Assembly: GCA_964200185.2 (NCBI GenBank)
Contig: CAXNAD020000031.1
Coordinates: 1 to 40,286, forward strand
Source of the DNA: Choristocarpus tenellus KU-1152
Lineage: Eukaryota > Protista > Phaeophyceae
Direction: 5' to 3'
Length of the DNA stretch: 40,286 nt
The first letter of the stretch is position 1; every line of letters starts with the position of its first letter. The position numbers and the translations under genes are program-made. This document shows positions 24,001 to 33,209 of this stretch, one piece after another. The notes under the pieces were generated by a model. The model worked only from the letters and a program-made list of their open reading frames with translations. It was not told the origin of the DNA and did not search any database.

Positions 24001-27000
24001 CCAGCCCCTATCTAGTCTTCCAGTTGCTAGCCCAGTGTGCTTCTCAGCCATTGATGCTGCCTTCAACAGTGAGATTGTGGGACTTCATGCTGCCCTCCCA
24101 CTAGGTGACCTGGTGAGATTGCCTGATTTTGTTGTTGCTCAGTGTTTGCACCAATGTCTTATAGTTGTCATCCTAGCCTACTTGTTTTATGCCTTGTAGA
24201 ATCTTTCCATTGGGTATGGAAATTTCTGCATGGTTGAGGCTCGTGGTGTAGGTGTGCTGTGCTTGGGTGTTACTATTCTATAGGGGGCCTTAAGAACATA
24301 TCACAGTTTAAACTCATTGGCACCACTGTCTTTTCACAGGTGCGGAGTGGGGGGGCTATGAGCAGTGTTGATGAAGTTGGAAGTGTACTGGTTGGCATGC
24401 TACGAGAGGGGCGCAGGCTATTGGACAACATTTATCAGGTACAACATTTATCAGGAACCATGCCTTTTCAACATCACTTCCTTTGAAGTGGTCTAGGGTT
24501 TGGTAGCTACAACCTTTCACATGGAGTTTATGTGGACCTTCTACACCCACCTGGGATTACTTGCATAATAATGAACCTGTTCTTGTGTGATGATGGTAGT
24601 TTCTGTAGCCTACTTCCCACCATTGCCCTGAAATCCGGGAAGTCGCTGAAGACTCTACTAATAGTGTAGAATGCAACACAGGGGGGGGAGGTACACCACA
24701 AATTTCAGGTGCTGGAAGGTGAGAACGACCAAAGTTATGACGCCAGAGTCAATGTTATGCTGAGATTTGGATTTTGCTACATTGTACTTTTTAGCTGGGT
24801 ACTCTTCTGTTTTGGAAGTATGTTAGGGTTAGGTTTAGGGTAAGATTTTGCAAGAGCTGTGTGATAAGCAGGTCGAACAAGAATCAATTATTGGATCCTC
24901 TAATTAGTAAACTAGTGATACTTCAGGTTATGTGTTTGTACCACGAGTCCATGATTGATGATTGGTGCAGTTGCAAGATATAATATTTGGTAGGGGGCAT
25001 AATGCACACATTCCCTTTGATTAAACCGTGATGTAGGCAAACTTGGAGGATGATGATGATATGTTAAACTACTAATTTCAAGTGTTGAGTATGTATATAA
25101 GATTGTGACTTGATCATGATCTAATACCATGAGAGGAAGTATACAGACAATTCACCTATTTGAAAGAAGACAAACCATTGTATGTATTGGATAACTATCG
25201 CAGAACTTAGGGAACGTATGTTCCATTACTAGCACTGATTGCAGATCTGTACGTGGAGTATATGGAGGAATCAGTTGTTATTGCATATCATGTACTTAAT
25301 TAAAAAAGATTTTGTATTTTGTACATTTGTGTCATTAGAGGGACTGAGTGATACCAAAAGTGACACTTTATGGTAAAGTCTTTTCCTTCTGATTGTCAAG
25401 GAAGGACTTGACTGACCAAAGAATTGTGAGTGCCTGTGAGTTCCCATGCTTGCGCATATCACTGAATGTATCAGTACTATTTTGTTAATTGGATCAATAC
25501 GGTATCCTTCACTTGATAGAAATATACTAATTCCTCGTTTCAGAATTTTATGTAACGTAACTCTTGCAACCTCCATTCTTGCCCGGGAACAAGCCATGTG
25601 ATAAACCCTCTCAATGAGGCTTGGTTCACATATACATTGGAAGGCGTGCAAAGTTTGAGATGGTGGGTTGTCACGAGTGTAGAGGATCACCACTGCAAAG
25701 TCGGCCAAGTCTCATTTCATGGGGTTTAAAAACCTCGTGAAACTGTCAAAAAGGGTGTTTATTGGGATACCTAGAACAAAGTCTCCCCGATGTTCAAGTG
25801 ACTTGCTAATCCTGTCATCACTAATTGGTCCCAATTCTTCGCCCCACAAGTCTGTCCGGGGCCTAGACTCAAACACTCCAACAAAGAACAGTGTGGTGGT
25901 GACATGCCTGGAGGCAAGAGCACACGAGATAAGATGACCCGGGGGGATGGCGGCAGCCATTGCAGAGGACTTCAGAATTTCCGGAATCACCGTGTTCCAT
26001 CATCTAAAGGAATATGACAACCAGGTAGCACAGGGTGAATGCATGGACCTTGTACAACATCACAAGGGGCAATGTGGCCACTGTACAATGCTCCCTCCTT
26101 TGATATTTGGGATGTCCCATTGGTACACCACATATCCTTCCACAAATGGGCGGCCAAAACTAAGGTCTCCCTTGACTCGTGGGATCTGTGCAAGCGTGTG
26201 AAGTTGAAGAAGGTGAAATGGTGGATTAACCCAACCCTCTTAGACCAGCAAAAAGTCAACAGGGTGGGTTTCATCATCAGTCACACACACAGGAGGGGAG
26301 AAAGTAGGGTATTAGTGAACGATCTTTATGACCGGGTGCGTGTGGAGTACATGTGGTTTTACTTGCTCAAAGGTGGGCAAGGTGTGTGTACCTGCACCTC
26401 ATTGAGGACCCCCCCAAACCCCCATGGACACAGAATAAGCATTACATTACGAAGGTGATGTTCCTTGCAGCTTTGGCCTGCCCTAGGAAGGTCTCCAATG
26501 GGGTGTGGTTCGATGGGAAAGTCAGGTTCTGGTCAATATGGACACTAACGTTGCTCAGCGCTACAGCAAACACCGCCCCAAGGGCACCAAGGTGCTTGTG
26601 CCAGCCACAGTGGATGAGGAGAGGTACAAGAAGCTCATGATCTAGGATGTCCTCCTTGCAATCAAGGACCACATGCCTAGGCTGGAAGGACACACAATCT
26701 TCATGCAGCAGGACATTACAAAGCCATACACCAAAGGGGGGATCATGGAGGAAATCAAGGAGACATCGTGTGATGACATTTTCACAGAGACCCAACGTCA
26801 ATGACCTGGGGTTCTTTCATTCCATCCAGCGACTGAAGGAAGATGTAGAGGTGATGAACATTGAGGAACTGGTGGAGGTCACAATGGAGGTGTTCAATGT
26901 GTACCCCCGGGAGGCACTAGAGCGTGTCTGACAGAGCCTCATTGCAGTCTAAGGTGAAATGCTGAGGTCCAAAGGTGACAACTTCAAAATTCCCCATCTT

Positions 27001-30000
27001 TGCAAGAAAAAGGCTGAGAACGTGAGCAAGCTCCTCCCAAATGGCCCAGTGGGTGCAGCAAAATCCCCTGCTGGAACAGAGTTTTTGAGGTTTTGGGGAG
27101 GGAATCATAGATAGGTGTAGGCTGCCTCACTATGCTTGAAATTTGGTGGACAACCTTTAGTGTCTGCACAATAAACCCATAAAATATGAACATGTGAAAA
27201 AAACACATTGCTTGTTCTTCGGGACTGCAAAAGTTATGTTACATCTGATTCCAAAAGGAAGTGCAATACAGTTAGTTATACACTAAATTCAATACACTTG
27301 AGCTCTGATATTTAGTCTATACCTTACTTAGTTGGGGTCCAACCTAAAAACCTGTTGTGAATTTTCCTTGCCAGGCATTGTCTTTCATTTTGATGACCTC
27401 GTTCACCATGGCTCTACTCCTGGTGCTTGGGGTTGCTCTTCCTGTGTCCCATCCACCGACATTTGCTGGTGATCATATCTTGTGGATGCTATGGGTGGTG
27501 GCCCCATCGTTGTCTATATCATTTTTGGCATCAGCTGCAGATGGGGGCCTGATGAGGCGAACACCAGAAAAGAATGACCCAAAGGTGTGCTTGTGCAATG
27601 TTATAGTATTATGAGAGGGGACTGAAACTGTCAAACCCTCTTCCTTGCATTCAAAGCATCATATCAACCCTATCTGCCCCCAGTTCCTGAGTCACAATAG
27701 CACATGTAGTGTATGCAACTCTACAGTTATAAAGAATGACAACACTGCCTTCAACTTCACCCCTGATTCAGATGGGTAGTATCAAGGGTTTGGCTGCATG
27801 ACGTCTCACGTTTTTGTTACCTTGACCTCCCAGAAGGAGTGACATGTCTTCTTTTTTTCCTGGCACCACTCACATGAGGTACTCTTATGCCTTATTCATG
27901 GTACCATTACCTAGCAACACCAACAGTTGCAGAGTTATTTCACTTTACAGAGGGCAAAACACAAGCCATCAGTGTGAATATTTGTACTGAACCACCTTTG
28001 TCCCTTTGGTTATTAGTAGTCTCCCCTTACATCTCTTGAAAACTCCTTGCACAGGTGGTGTCCATTCCCCCACGGCTGCTGGCACATCTGTGTATTCGTA
28101 CCTTTCCTACAGCTGTGGCCTGCCTAGGTGTTTATTTATTTGTTTTTGGTCAACTCCTCATTCAGGCTTCCCCAGAGCTGGCAGCTGCCTGTGGGGGCAA
28201 GGTGGGCACTGATCTCTCGCCATGATCCTTAATCTTTGCACATATCCTGGTGGGAAATGTCAATGTACACTTTAAAATCGAGCCCATATGAATACCATGC
28301 ACATGTTGTGAACAGAGCTTTTCTCGTTGGTTGTTGCTTGGTTTGCACTAACTTCATGTCCACCTTGTAGTGGTGTGGTCATCACTCTAGGCACTACCAA
28401 CCTGTTGGAATGCAACATGTCCCACTTCCTAACGTTTTGCACGTCAGTGAAGCTGTGTTTTTGTGACGGCATTGCTTGCAACCAGTATTTTGAACTCCAG
28501 AATAGATATTAGAACAAGTGAGGCTAAGAGTCAGTATTGCTGTGCTAGACTCCTGTACATCATGAGTTTCTGTCCCATTCACATGACAGCTTCTGAACTG
28601 GTCAACACCTTTGTCAATATGGATCCTCTGAAAAATGTTTGGATGAATTGAGATGGACACCTACTTACGTGCTTTTGTGGGCACCAGTAAGGCAAGGCAG
28701 GAGTTATATTGAAGGCATAGATTTATGAAACCTGAAATGGCTTGGACAAGCTGTGGATTGGAGTTGATTTTTGCTGTTTGAGTAATCTAGCGAGTAGGAA
28801 TTTGAAGTAGTTACATTGCAACATGCTTTGTTCCAACTACTCTGTATGTCATATCTGATGCTCTGACCTACCATCTATTGCGGGATGATTGGCCTTGTCT
28901 AGAACTTGGGTGCACAATGGATGGATACCCTTTGGTGCGGTGCACTAGAGCGTAGCATAAACAACCCCCCAATTGTTACACGGGTAAGAGAACAAACCGT
29001 GGATTTGGTCATGACCGTGATGGTGTTGTGCATTGTGGTACAATCTGCAGGTTTCATGTACAGGTGAGTCACCTGTGAGAGGTACACATATCGTAGTTTG
29101 ATGAGGATTGTCATTTACTCTAGACCATGTGGCATTGTAGATTGGTTAAGGTTGGCTATTTGTGGTGCTTCAATCTGTGTTTTCGTCACACCCTTCCCCT
29201 TCTGTACCCCAGTGATATATTCTCCAGTAGTTATCAACCAGTGTGTGTTGACAAGAGGTTGACATGGTACGCACCAAAATGTAGGAGAGTGATGGGTATT
29301 AGATGTGTCAGCAGAGGGGTGGAATGTTACCCAGATGTGTTCCAAATGGGCAAATTGGATGCTTAACTAGATGACCTGCACTAATTTTACAATGAAGTCA
29401 TTCCCCTTTTCTTTGATTGCGCTTGTTCCAAAGGGAGGAACTTGCTGTATGAGTCAGGTGTACTGATCTGATTTTTTCATCTAGCAAACTCCTTGAGGTG
29501 CTACAACCAAATCTTGATTGAATAGGAGGACATAAATATCTCGAGACGACCATAAGAGACTTCAGGGGGTGAGGTGTATGCACTCACTCAAGTATTACTA
29601 CAACCACTACATTCCAATGTTCTACTGATTCAAGATTGGCAATGTGTTAACAGGACTGCAACTGTGTGGGAAGGAAAACCATGGAAGAACTGGATATGGT
29701 GCAACACAGTTGGGATTATTCTCTTCTTGGAGGTACACTGAATTGATAGGCCAGCCTAATCCCTTCTTGTGTCTTGAAGATAGTGGAGGGGTGGGTAGTT
29801 TATCAAACACTGTCGAGATTGCTGACAAGTGTTTTGCTAATAGTATCCCATTATCAATTGGAAAAGTTGCTCTTGGCATGGTAGCCAATGTTGTAGGAAT
29901 GTGATGAAACGTTACTCTTATATTATGTAAATGCCTAAAGATGAAAATATTGATTTTGGGGCTGTGGCAGTATTCTTGAAACCGTGGACAGGAATGACTA

Positions 30001-30267
30001 GCAACTGTTGATGACTCCTTCCCTTTCCATTCCTACTGTTTTCCAACTCAGGTTGTCTATTTGTGGGCTTCTGCTGCAGCTCGTGGTACAATGGACCTTC
30101 TCCTGGATTGTCCATGGGAAGCACTAGTTGCAGGGGGGCTATGCCCCATTATAGTAGCGCTTGTGGGCGAGTCCGTCAGACGCAATGATGCAAGAGTACA
30201 CAAGCGCTATATCACCCTTCTGCGCCTTGAGTTTGATACACGACTTGGTATGCACTCCCCGAAGTGA
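3009..30267 (+). CDS. TMEM94: TMEM94/KIAA0195 (ERMA) homolog, multi-pass P-type-ATPase-like membrane protein; 38 coding exons, ~1757 aa
   Basis: Hand-spliced join: 3009-3029, 3519-3583, 3673-3814, 3972-4048, 6685-6773, 8318-8454, 8737-8860, 9114-9253, 9807-9962, 10176-10370, 10611-10720, 11183-11350, 12069-12401, 12659-12735, 13083-13285, 13396-13551, 13851-13936, 14245-14361, 14683-14768, 15626-15724, 16582-16697, 16987-17144, 17658-17755, 17947-18175, 18381-18448, 18706-19045, 19558-19660, 22428-22496, 22684-22809, 23159-23284, 23565-23734, 23935-24112, 24340-24438, 27375-27584, 28055-28201, 28903-29063, 29654-29732, 30052-30267. Total 5274 nt, one open frame, AG/GT boundaries (one GC donor). 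Motifs recognised from TMEM94 (from memory, no search run): YRDG..LLLVEGDVVAL, FEDPQWWTHLAALKPIGL, CRDYWDG, GVRFVYFSP, AENMGIETDWNCAISL, ARLPHGI..DNVPLLVSLFTD, C-terminal LEFDTRLGMHSPK. Confidence 0.92.
3519..3583 (+). CDS. TMEM94: TMEM94 exon 2 (DGKYLGETTRIARQRLATVAER)
   Basis: TAG|GAT acceptor, AG|GTGCGT donor; resembles the N-terminal LGLSTRKAL segment of TMEM94. Confidence 0.7.
3673..3814 (+). CDS. TMEM94: TMEM94 exon 3 (..LVWRRELFFSKLGVGSVGVIVVMLMGYG.., first TM segment)
   Basis: TGCAG| acceptor, phase 2; donor at 3814 or alternatively 3844 (both phase 0). Confidence 0.7.
3972..4048 (+). CDS. TMEM94: TMEM94 exon 4 (ATTLAMALLMLCSLLVGTLVKSVYRR, TM segment)
   Basis: CAGCAG tandem acceptor, CG|GTGAGT donor, phase 2 matches exon 5. 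Confidence 0.8.
6685..6773 (+). CDS. TMEM94: TMEM94 exon 5 (CEALELRDRVLASL..)
   Basis: TTTGCAG| acceptor, CAG|GT donor, phases consistent. Confidence 0.8.
8318..8454 (+). CDS. TMEM94: TMEM94 exon 6 (..VYRDGLWQRIPKLLLVE)
   Basis: P-type ATPase A-domain-like RDG..LVxGD motif split across exons 6/7. Confidence 0.9.
8737..8860 (+). CDS. TMEM94: TMEM94 exon 7 (GDVVALMGGDKAPA..)
   Basis: ACAG| acceptor, AAG|GTGAGA donor. Confidence 0.88.
9114..9253 (+). CDS. TMEM94: TMEM94 exon 8 (variable linker)
   Basis: AAG acceptor, CAG|GTGCCT donor; needed to bridge phase 1 to phase 0. Confidence 0.7.
9807..9962 (+). CDS. TMEM94: TMEM94 exon 9 (..MRCYRLLETPLAVHLK)
   Basis: RLLETP resembles the TMEM94 RVLETP motif; AAG|GTGGGA donor. 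Confidence 0.85.
10176..10370 (+). CDS. TMEM94: TMEM94 exon 10 (TM segment)
   Basis: Hydrophobic FHIILIMVSLAAILGGIRL; CAG|GTGAGC donor. Confidence 0.85.
10611..10720 (+). CDS. TMEM94: TMEM94 exon 11 (VALSVLPISLPLYLAVGEAAGTARLL)
   Basis: M4-like LP..LP..G.ARLL segment; canonical splice sites. Confidence 0.9.
11183..11350 (+). CDS. TMEM94: TMEM94 exon 12
   Basis: TCTCAG| acceptor, AG|GTGTGT donor, phase 2/2. Confidence 0.82.
12069..12401 (+). CDS. TMEM94: TMEM94 exon 13 (low-complexity insertion)
   Basis: 333-nt open frame, GG|GTAAGT donor, phase 2/2. Confidence 0.8.
12659..12735 (+). CDS. TMEM94: TMEM94 exon 14
   Basis: TTGCAG| acceptor, CAG|GTAATG donor, phase 2/1. Confidence 0.78.
13083..13285 (+). 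CDS. TMEM94: TMEM94 exon 15 (LGAVTNLCMLDEDTVCQP; P-domain phosphorylation-motif position)
   Basis: Matches the LG.VT.lC.DK.G.L context of P-type ATPases/TMEM94; CTAAC branch point upstream. Confidence 0.9.
13396..13551 (+). CDS. TMEM94: TMEM94 exon 16 (VRFEDPQWWTHLAALKPIGL)
   Basis: TMEM94 signature F(D/E)D..W..HL..LKP(L/I)GL. Confidence 0.92.
13851..13936 (+). CDS. TMEM94: TMEM94 exon 17 (ends at a GC donor)
   Basis: TTGCAG| acceptor; CAG|GCAAGT donor gives the phase 2 required by exon 18. Confidence 0.75.
14245..14361 (+). CDS. TMEM94: TMEM94 exon 18 (HLADLWKGIGF)
   Basis: Resembles TMEM94 LCELARLIGF; CG|GTGAGG donor. Confidence 0.85.
14683..14768 (+). CDS. TMEM94: TMEM94 exon 19
   Basis: Canonical splice sites, phase 2/1. 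Confidence 0.85.
15626..15724 (+). CDS. TMEM94: TMEM94 exon 20 (PHVTSIVVQD..LQLLSQ)
   Basis: N-domain-like segment; canonical splice sites. Confidence 0.88.
16582..16697 (+). CDS. TMEM94: TMEM94 exon 21 (GHPSIVVGMCRDYWDGNTISTL)
   Basis: C.D(Y/F)WDG..I..L TMEM94 motif. Confidence 0.92.
16987..17144 (+). CDS. TMEM94: TMEM94 exon 22 (DVVAFAYTP)
   Basis: AFAY.P N-domain motif; donor AG|GTATTG chosen for phase. Confidence 0.85.
17658..17755 (+). CDS. TMEM94: TMEM94 exon 23 (Ser/Thr-rich insertion)
   Basis: Open frame, canonical splice sites, phase 2/1. Confidence 0.72.
17947..18175 (+). CDS. TMEM94: TMEM94 exon 24 (insertion)
   Basis: CCAG| acceptor, AT|GTAAGT donor, phase 1/2. Confidence 0.75.
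18381..18448 (+). CDS. TMEM94: TMEM94 exon 25 (insertion)
   Basis: GACAG| acceptor, CAG|GTGTGC donor, phase 2/1. Confidence 0.68.
18706..19045 (+). CDS. TMEM94: TMEM94 exon 26 (insertion; 5' boundary uncertain)
   Basis: Long open frame ending AG|GTAGGT; acceptor could be later (~18800) if another small exon exists. Confidence 0.65.
19157..19477. mobile_element. Stowaway-like MITE (321 bp) in TMEM94 intron 26
   Basis: TIRs CTCCCTCTGCCCCATGAGTCTGTT / revcomp of right end CTCCCTCTGTCCCATAAGTCTGTT (22/24 identical); TA on both flanks; further subterminal inverted similarity (TCAAAA(C/T)GGATTTTTTT); non-coding. Confidence 0.88.
19558..19660 (+). CDS. TMEM94: TMEM94 exon 27
   Basis: Pyrimidine tract + CCAG| acceptor, AAG|GTCTGG donor. 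Confidence 0.75.
20487..21300 (-). mobile_element. Decayed plant-type mariner (Tc1/mariner, DD39D-like) transposase pseudogene in intron 27
   Basis: IHIDEAWFYL, KVMFISTVSC, FESKIGIW, QQVGA (from QQDGA), QPVQSPDLNINDSEFFASLKS, LGGNEF; in-frame stops and a 17-bp tandem duplication at 20730-20763. Confidence 0.85.
22428..22496 (+). CDS. TMEM94: TMEM94 exon 28 (..PLWSLMHDQ)
   Basis: CAA|GTGAGT donor; joins to give the Q-VFVGM motif. Confidence 0.85.
22684..22809 (+). CDS. TMEM94: TMEM94 exon 29 (VFVGMAAS..DLCAAGVRFVYFSPRNMRRSK)
   Basis: Highly conserved TMEM94 RFVYFS motif. Confidence 0.95.
23159..23284 (+). CDS. TMEM94: TMEM94 exon 30 (ALAENMGIETDWNCAISL)
   Basis: AE.MG.ET.WNC.ISL signature. 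Confidence 0.95.
23318..23344. repeat. Interstitial telomere-type repeat (TAACCC)x3+
   Basis: TAACCCTAACCCTAACCCTATCTAACC in intron 30. Confidence 0.85.
23565..23734 (+). CDS. TMEM94: TMEM94 exon 31 (ARLPHGIAAIQEHIEQVDNVPLLVSLFTDATP)
   Basis: LP.GI..I..H...DNVPLLV.LFTD signature. Confidence 0.95.
23935..24112 (+). CDS. TMEM94: TMEM94 exon 32 (LFQTADLSLSV)
   Basis: P-domain-like AD(I/L)S(I/L) motif; canonical splice sites. Confidence 0.9.
24340..24438 (+). CDS. TMEM94: TMEM94 exon 33 (MLREGRRLLDNIYQ)
   Basis: EGR....NI motif that precedes M5 in P-type ATPases. Confidence 0.92.
25900..27060 (+). mobile_element. Second decayed plant-type mariner transposase pseudogene in intron 33
   Basis: VRVEYMWFYL, KVMFLAALACPR, WFDGKVRFW, FMQQD, NVNDLGFFHSIQ, KGDNFKIPH; several frameshifts and stops. 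Confidence 0.88.
27375..27584 (+). CDS. TMEM94: TMEM94 exon 34 (M5-M6-like TM segments, LMRRTP)
   Basis: Hydrophobic helices plus LM...P motif; canonical splice sites. Confidence 0.92.
28055..28201 (+). CDS. TMEM94: TMEM94 exon 35 (TM segment)
   Basis: ACAG| acceptor, AAG|GTGGGC donor; FPTAVACLGVYLFVFG. Confidence 0.88.
28903..29063 (+). CDS. TMEM94: TMEM94 exon 36 (TM segment, ..VVQSAGFMYR)
   Basis: TAG| acceptor, AG|GTGAGT donor. Confidence 0.88.
29654..29732 (+). CDS. TMEM94: TMEM94 exon 37 (TATVWEGKPWKNWIW)
   Basis: RT...W...P..N..W motif; phase 2/0. Confidence 0.88.
30052..30267 (+). CDS. TMEM94: TMEM94 terminal exon (..LRLEFDTRLGMHSPK*)
   Basis: Conserved TMEM94 C-terminus F.T(K/R)LGM.SP followed by TGA. 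Confidence 0.95.
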   Translation, partial: VVYLWASAAARGTMDLLLDCPWEALVAGGLCPIIVALVGESVRRNDARVHKRYITLLRLEFDTRLGMHSPK

Positions 30268-32903
30268 ACGGTACATAAGAGAAAGAGGATTTTTTACATG
30301 TTTTATAGATATCTGGTCCAACAATTGTGCATGAAGTGCGCCCAATCTAGCTGTAAGGTGTCTGCCTACCAAGGACTGCTGCTGTAATTGGGCATGACTT
30401 GAATGCCAAGACTTAGAATTATACTCCTGAGATTCATTAGGAAGGGTTGATCCCCACCATATTTTGGTGTGAAAATGATCTTGTTTTAGTTTGTAGTATT
30501 TGGATGTCTCCTCATTTCCAGGAAGATACAACTCACCAATATCAAGGTTGAGGATTTGTGAGAACTGTCGTTGCATGAACAGATGACTGGTTGTGACACC
30601 CCAAAGGAACTCCTATTATTTCTCATTATGGGCGCACTAGGACAGTGTTCACAAATATTGCAAACTAATACTCCAACTCTGTTGTAGAGCTGTTGGTGGC
30701 AATTTCCACTCTTTGCAGTGTATTCACATGGCGTTTTGTAGCCAGACCTCATCCAGTCAACCAATGATACATTACTAATAAAACTGTACTCTGCAGTTCC
30801 TAGCTGACAATTTGCTAGGGTGTGGATAAACAATGGTATAGTTTGCACTGATCGGACAGAAACTGTTCACAGGGAGGTATAGTGTGGACATGACCCACTT
30901 CTGTGGATTGCTTACTATGTAGGCACGGTTAGGTCTTTCATAGAGTGAGGAACAGCATTATTACAGTAGTCAGGTGACACGTTAACAAGGTTTGAGCAGA
31001 AGGCAATAGCTTACTCTGGAAGCTGAGAAGTACTACCAACACTAAATGCTGGAGAGCTACAGACCATCCAAGTAAAAAATAAGTAAATTCCAGGGTGGTA
31101 CATATTATGGCTTCGTTGGGTCAAAATCAAGTACCAGTCAGTAACCCCCAATCAAAGTTGGGGTGTTGTCATTTTGTGCGACAAGAGATGCGTGAATTGC
31201 AGACTTATTTTTGGAGTCCCAGATGTTGGGGCACAAAAAAATGAATTTAACCTTCCATTAAGGTGTCAGATACATCGGTTGGACAAGTCAAATCCGATTT
31301 GTGGTATACAAGTCAATTTCTGGCAAATCAATGGCTTTTCCTGTCATAAATCTGAGTTGTGCACATTGGGGCACATCCTTGCAAATCAAAGATTTAGGAG
31401 TTACCTCTCTTTCGTTTGTGGATCCCAAATCACTCATTTTTATTTCCTATGGTTGTGTGGGACAAATCTTCCAGTACAAGTTTAGCAGAGTGTGAGTCAT
31501 CCCGACAAATATTTGTACGTCTTCGCACAGGACTTCTGGCATCAATACACAATATTCAATCACTAACAACTGATACATGGATACATGTTTTAAACTTATA
31601 AAAGTTGAGGGCAACCCTACCAGTTATCGAACCTGGAGACATGACAAACTAGAAGAGATGCCATGTCACCCAGTGAAGTACTGGGATTTCCACAACATGC
31701 CTGTTTAGAGAGGGGGGGATAATATTTACAGTACAATCATAGAACAAGGGAACCAAGTACTGACTATGCATAATTTCAGTCCTAGTAGTAACCTAACATT
31801 TGGACACAGTTCTGTTAATTCACAAGGTATGTTTTGTATGAGTATGTGTTCTTTTCTGGAAAGTTTCAACTCAGGGTTTCTATGTGAACACGAGCTAGAG
31901 GTAGGTCAACAATACACTATTTTCCTCTCTCCACGCATAGTAGGGACAAAATATTTATACATGTTGATAAACGGTGAGTGTTATTGGTATCTACAAATCA
32001 TCTGTTCATGCTAACCCTAAGTTTATATCGACAATTCAGGATTTGTACGTAACTCGTCGAGTTGTACTCAGTATATAATTTGTGGTACAAGATTTGTGGC
32101 TACAAAATTATTTGTACATCTTTATGCAATGATTTGTGAAGCACAAGTGAGTTAAAACTATGTCCAATGTGTCACCAGATAGTTACCACCAGAATATTGT
32201 AACTTGAAAATATCAGGGAGACAAAAGGGTCTAGTTTGTCCACTGTGATCGGATGATGTACATGTATGTCATGGACCCCACAGTAGAATGTCGCAAAGGT
32301 GGACAACATGACACCTTGGAAAGCGTAACACTCAACACTCCTTGAAATTGGAGACAACAACGTATGGAACACTCTAATCCAAAACATATCTAACATTTGT
32401 AACACTACTATGTTATGCCCATAGCATTCTGGTCCAAAACATACAAAAAACAGGATATGTTGCCATTATAACATATATTCGATAAATAACCCCATAATAC
32501 AAAATCTTATGCCATGGCTTAACACTCTCCAAAGTGTTGTGGTAACATCCCTTATGTTGTGCCATCACATAACATTACAAGGATTCAATTTAGCACTGCA
32601 GGATGAATAAGTGGAGACTTCCTCTGTGCTTGTTGGAATGAATTACACCTACAAAAGTCGGCATTGATGTACAGAATGGGCAACAGGACTGTCATCACCC
32701 GCTCAAGTTGAACTTTCAAAAACACACCTATTCCCTGTTGTGTGGCATAGACCTCCATGAATATATGCTTCACCTGCTATGAGATGTACGCGATCCCATG
32801 TCGTGCAACGTGTATATAATGATCATCCCCAGTTTGCCCAAAGATAAATTATATTAATATAAAAATATTCAAGAGTGTCCTATGTTTCAGAAGGTTTGGG
32901 ATT

Positions 32904-33209
32904 ATATATTCTTTGGAATAGTGCTCATGGAATTATCCTCCTTGTTGAGCTGCACCGCTGCCATGTCTCCCTTGAGAACAGTACTGTTACAGCACATCTC
33001 CGGATCCTCCACGTAACCAAACAGCTGCATACATATAATAATCGAACATGGTAAATTGTAAAATTGTGTTTTGTGCTAGTGCTGTACGTCCAGAATGCTC
33101 AAGTTGCAACAGTCTTACACTGGAGAAAGCGACCAACACCAAGAGAGTTGAAGAAAGCAGAGAGAAAGAACAGGAGGTCCTCCTTTGATGCTGTTGGTCA
33201 TAACAACAC
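32904..33209 (-). CDS. Possible downstream exons of the minus-strand gene (~33119-33209 and ~32904-33025)
   Basis: CACAG| ... |GTAAGA, then TGCAG|LFGYVEDPEMCCNSTVLKGDMAAVQLNKEDNSMSTIPKNI*; phases compatible with each other but link to upstream exons unproven. Confidence 0.3.

Noticed and set aside
28520-28651. Peptide ..NMDPLKNVWMN resembling the TMEM94 P..N.W motif
   Set aside because: Out of order; the real motif is in exon 29654-29732 with proper splice sites
30139-30848. Minus-strand ORFs of 145 and 120 aa
   Set aside because: Antisense to the TMEM94 last exon and presumed 3'UTR; no recognisable domain
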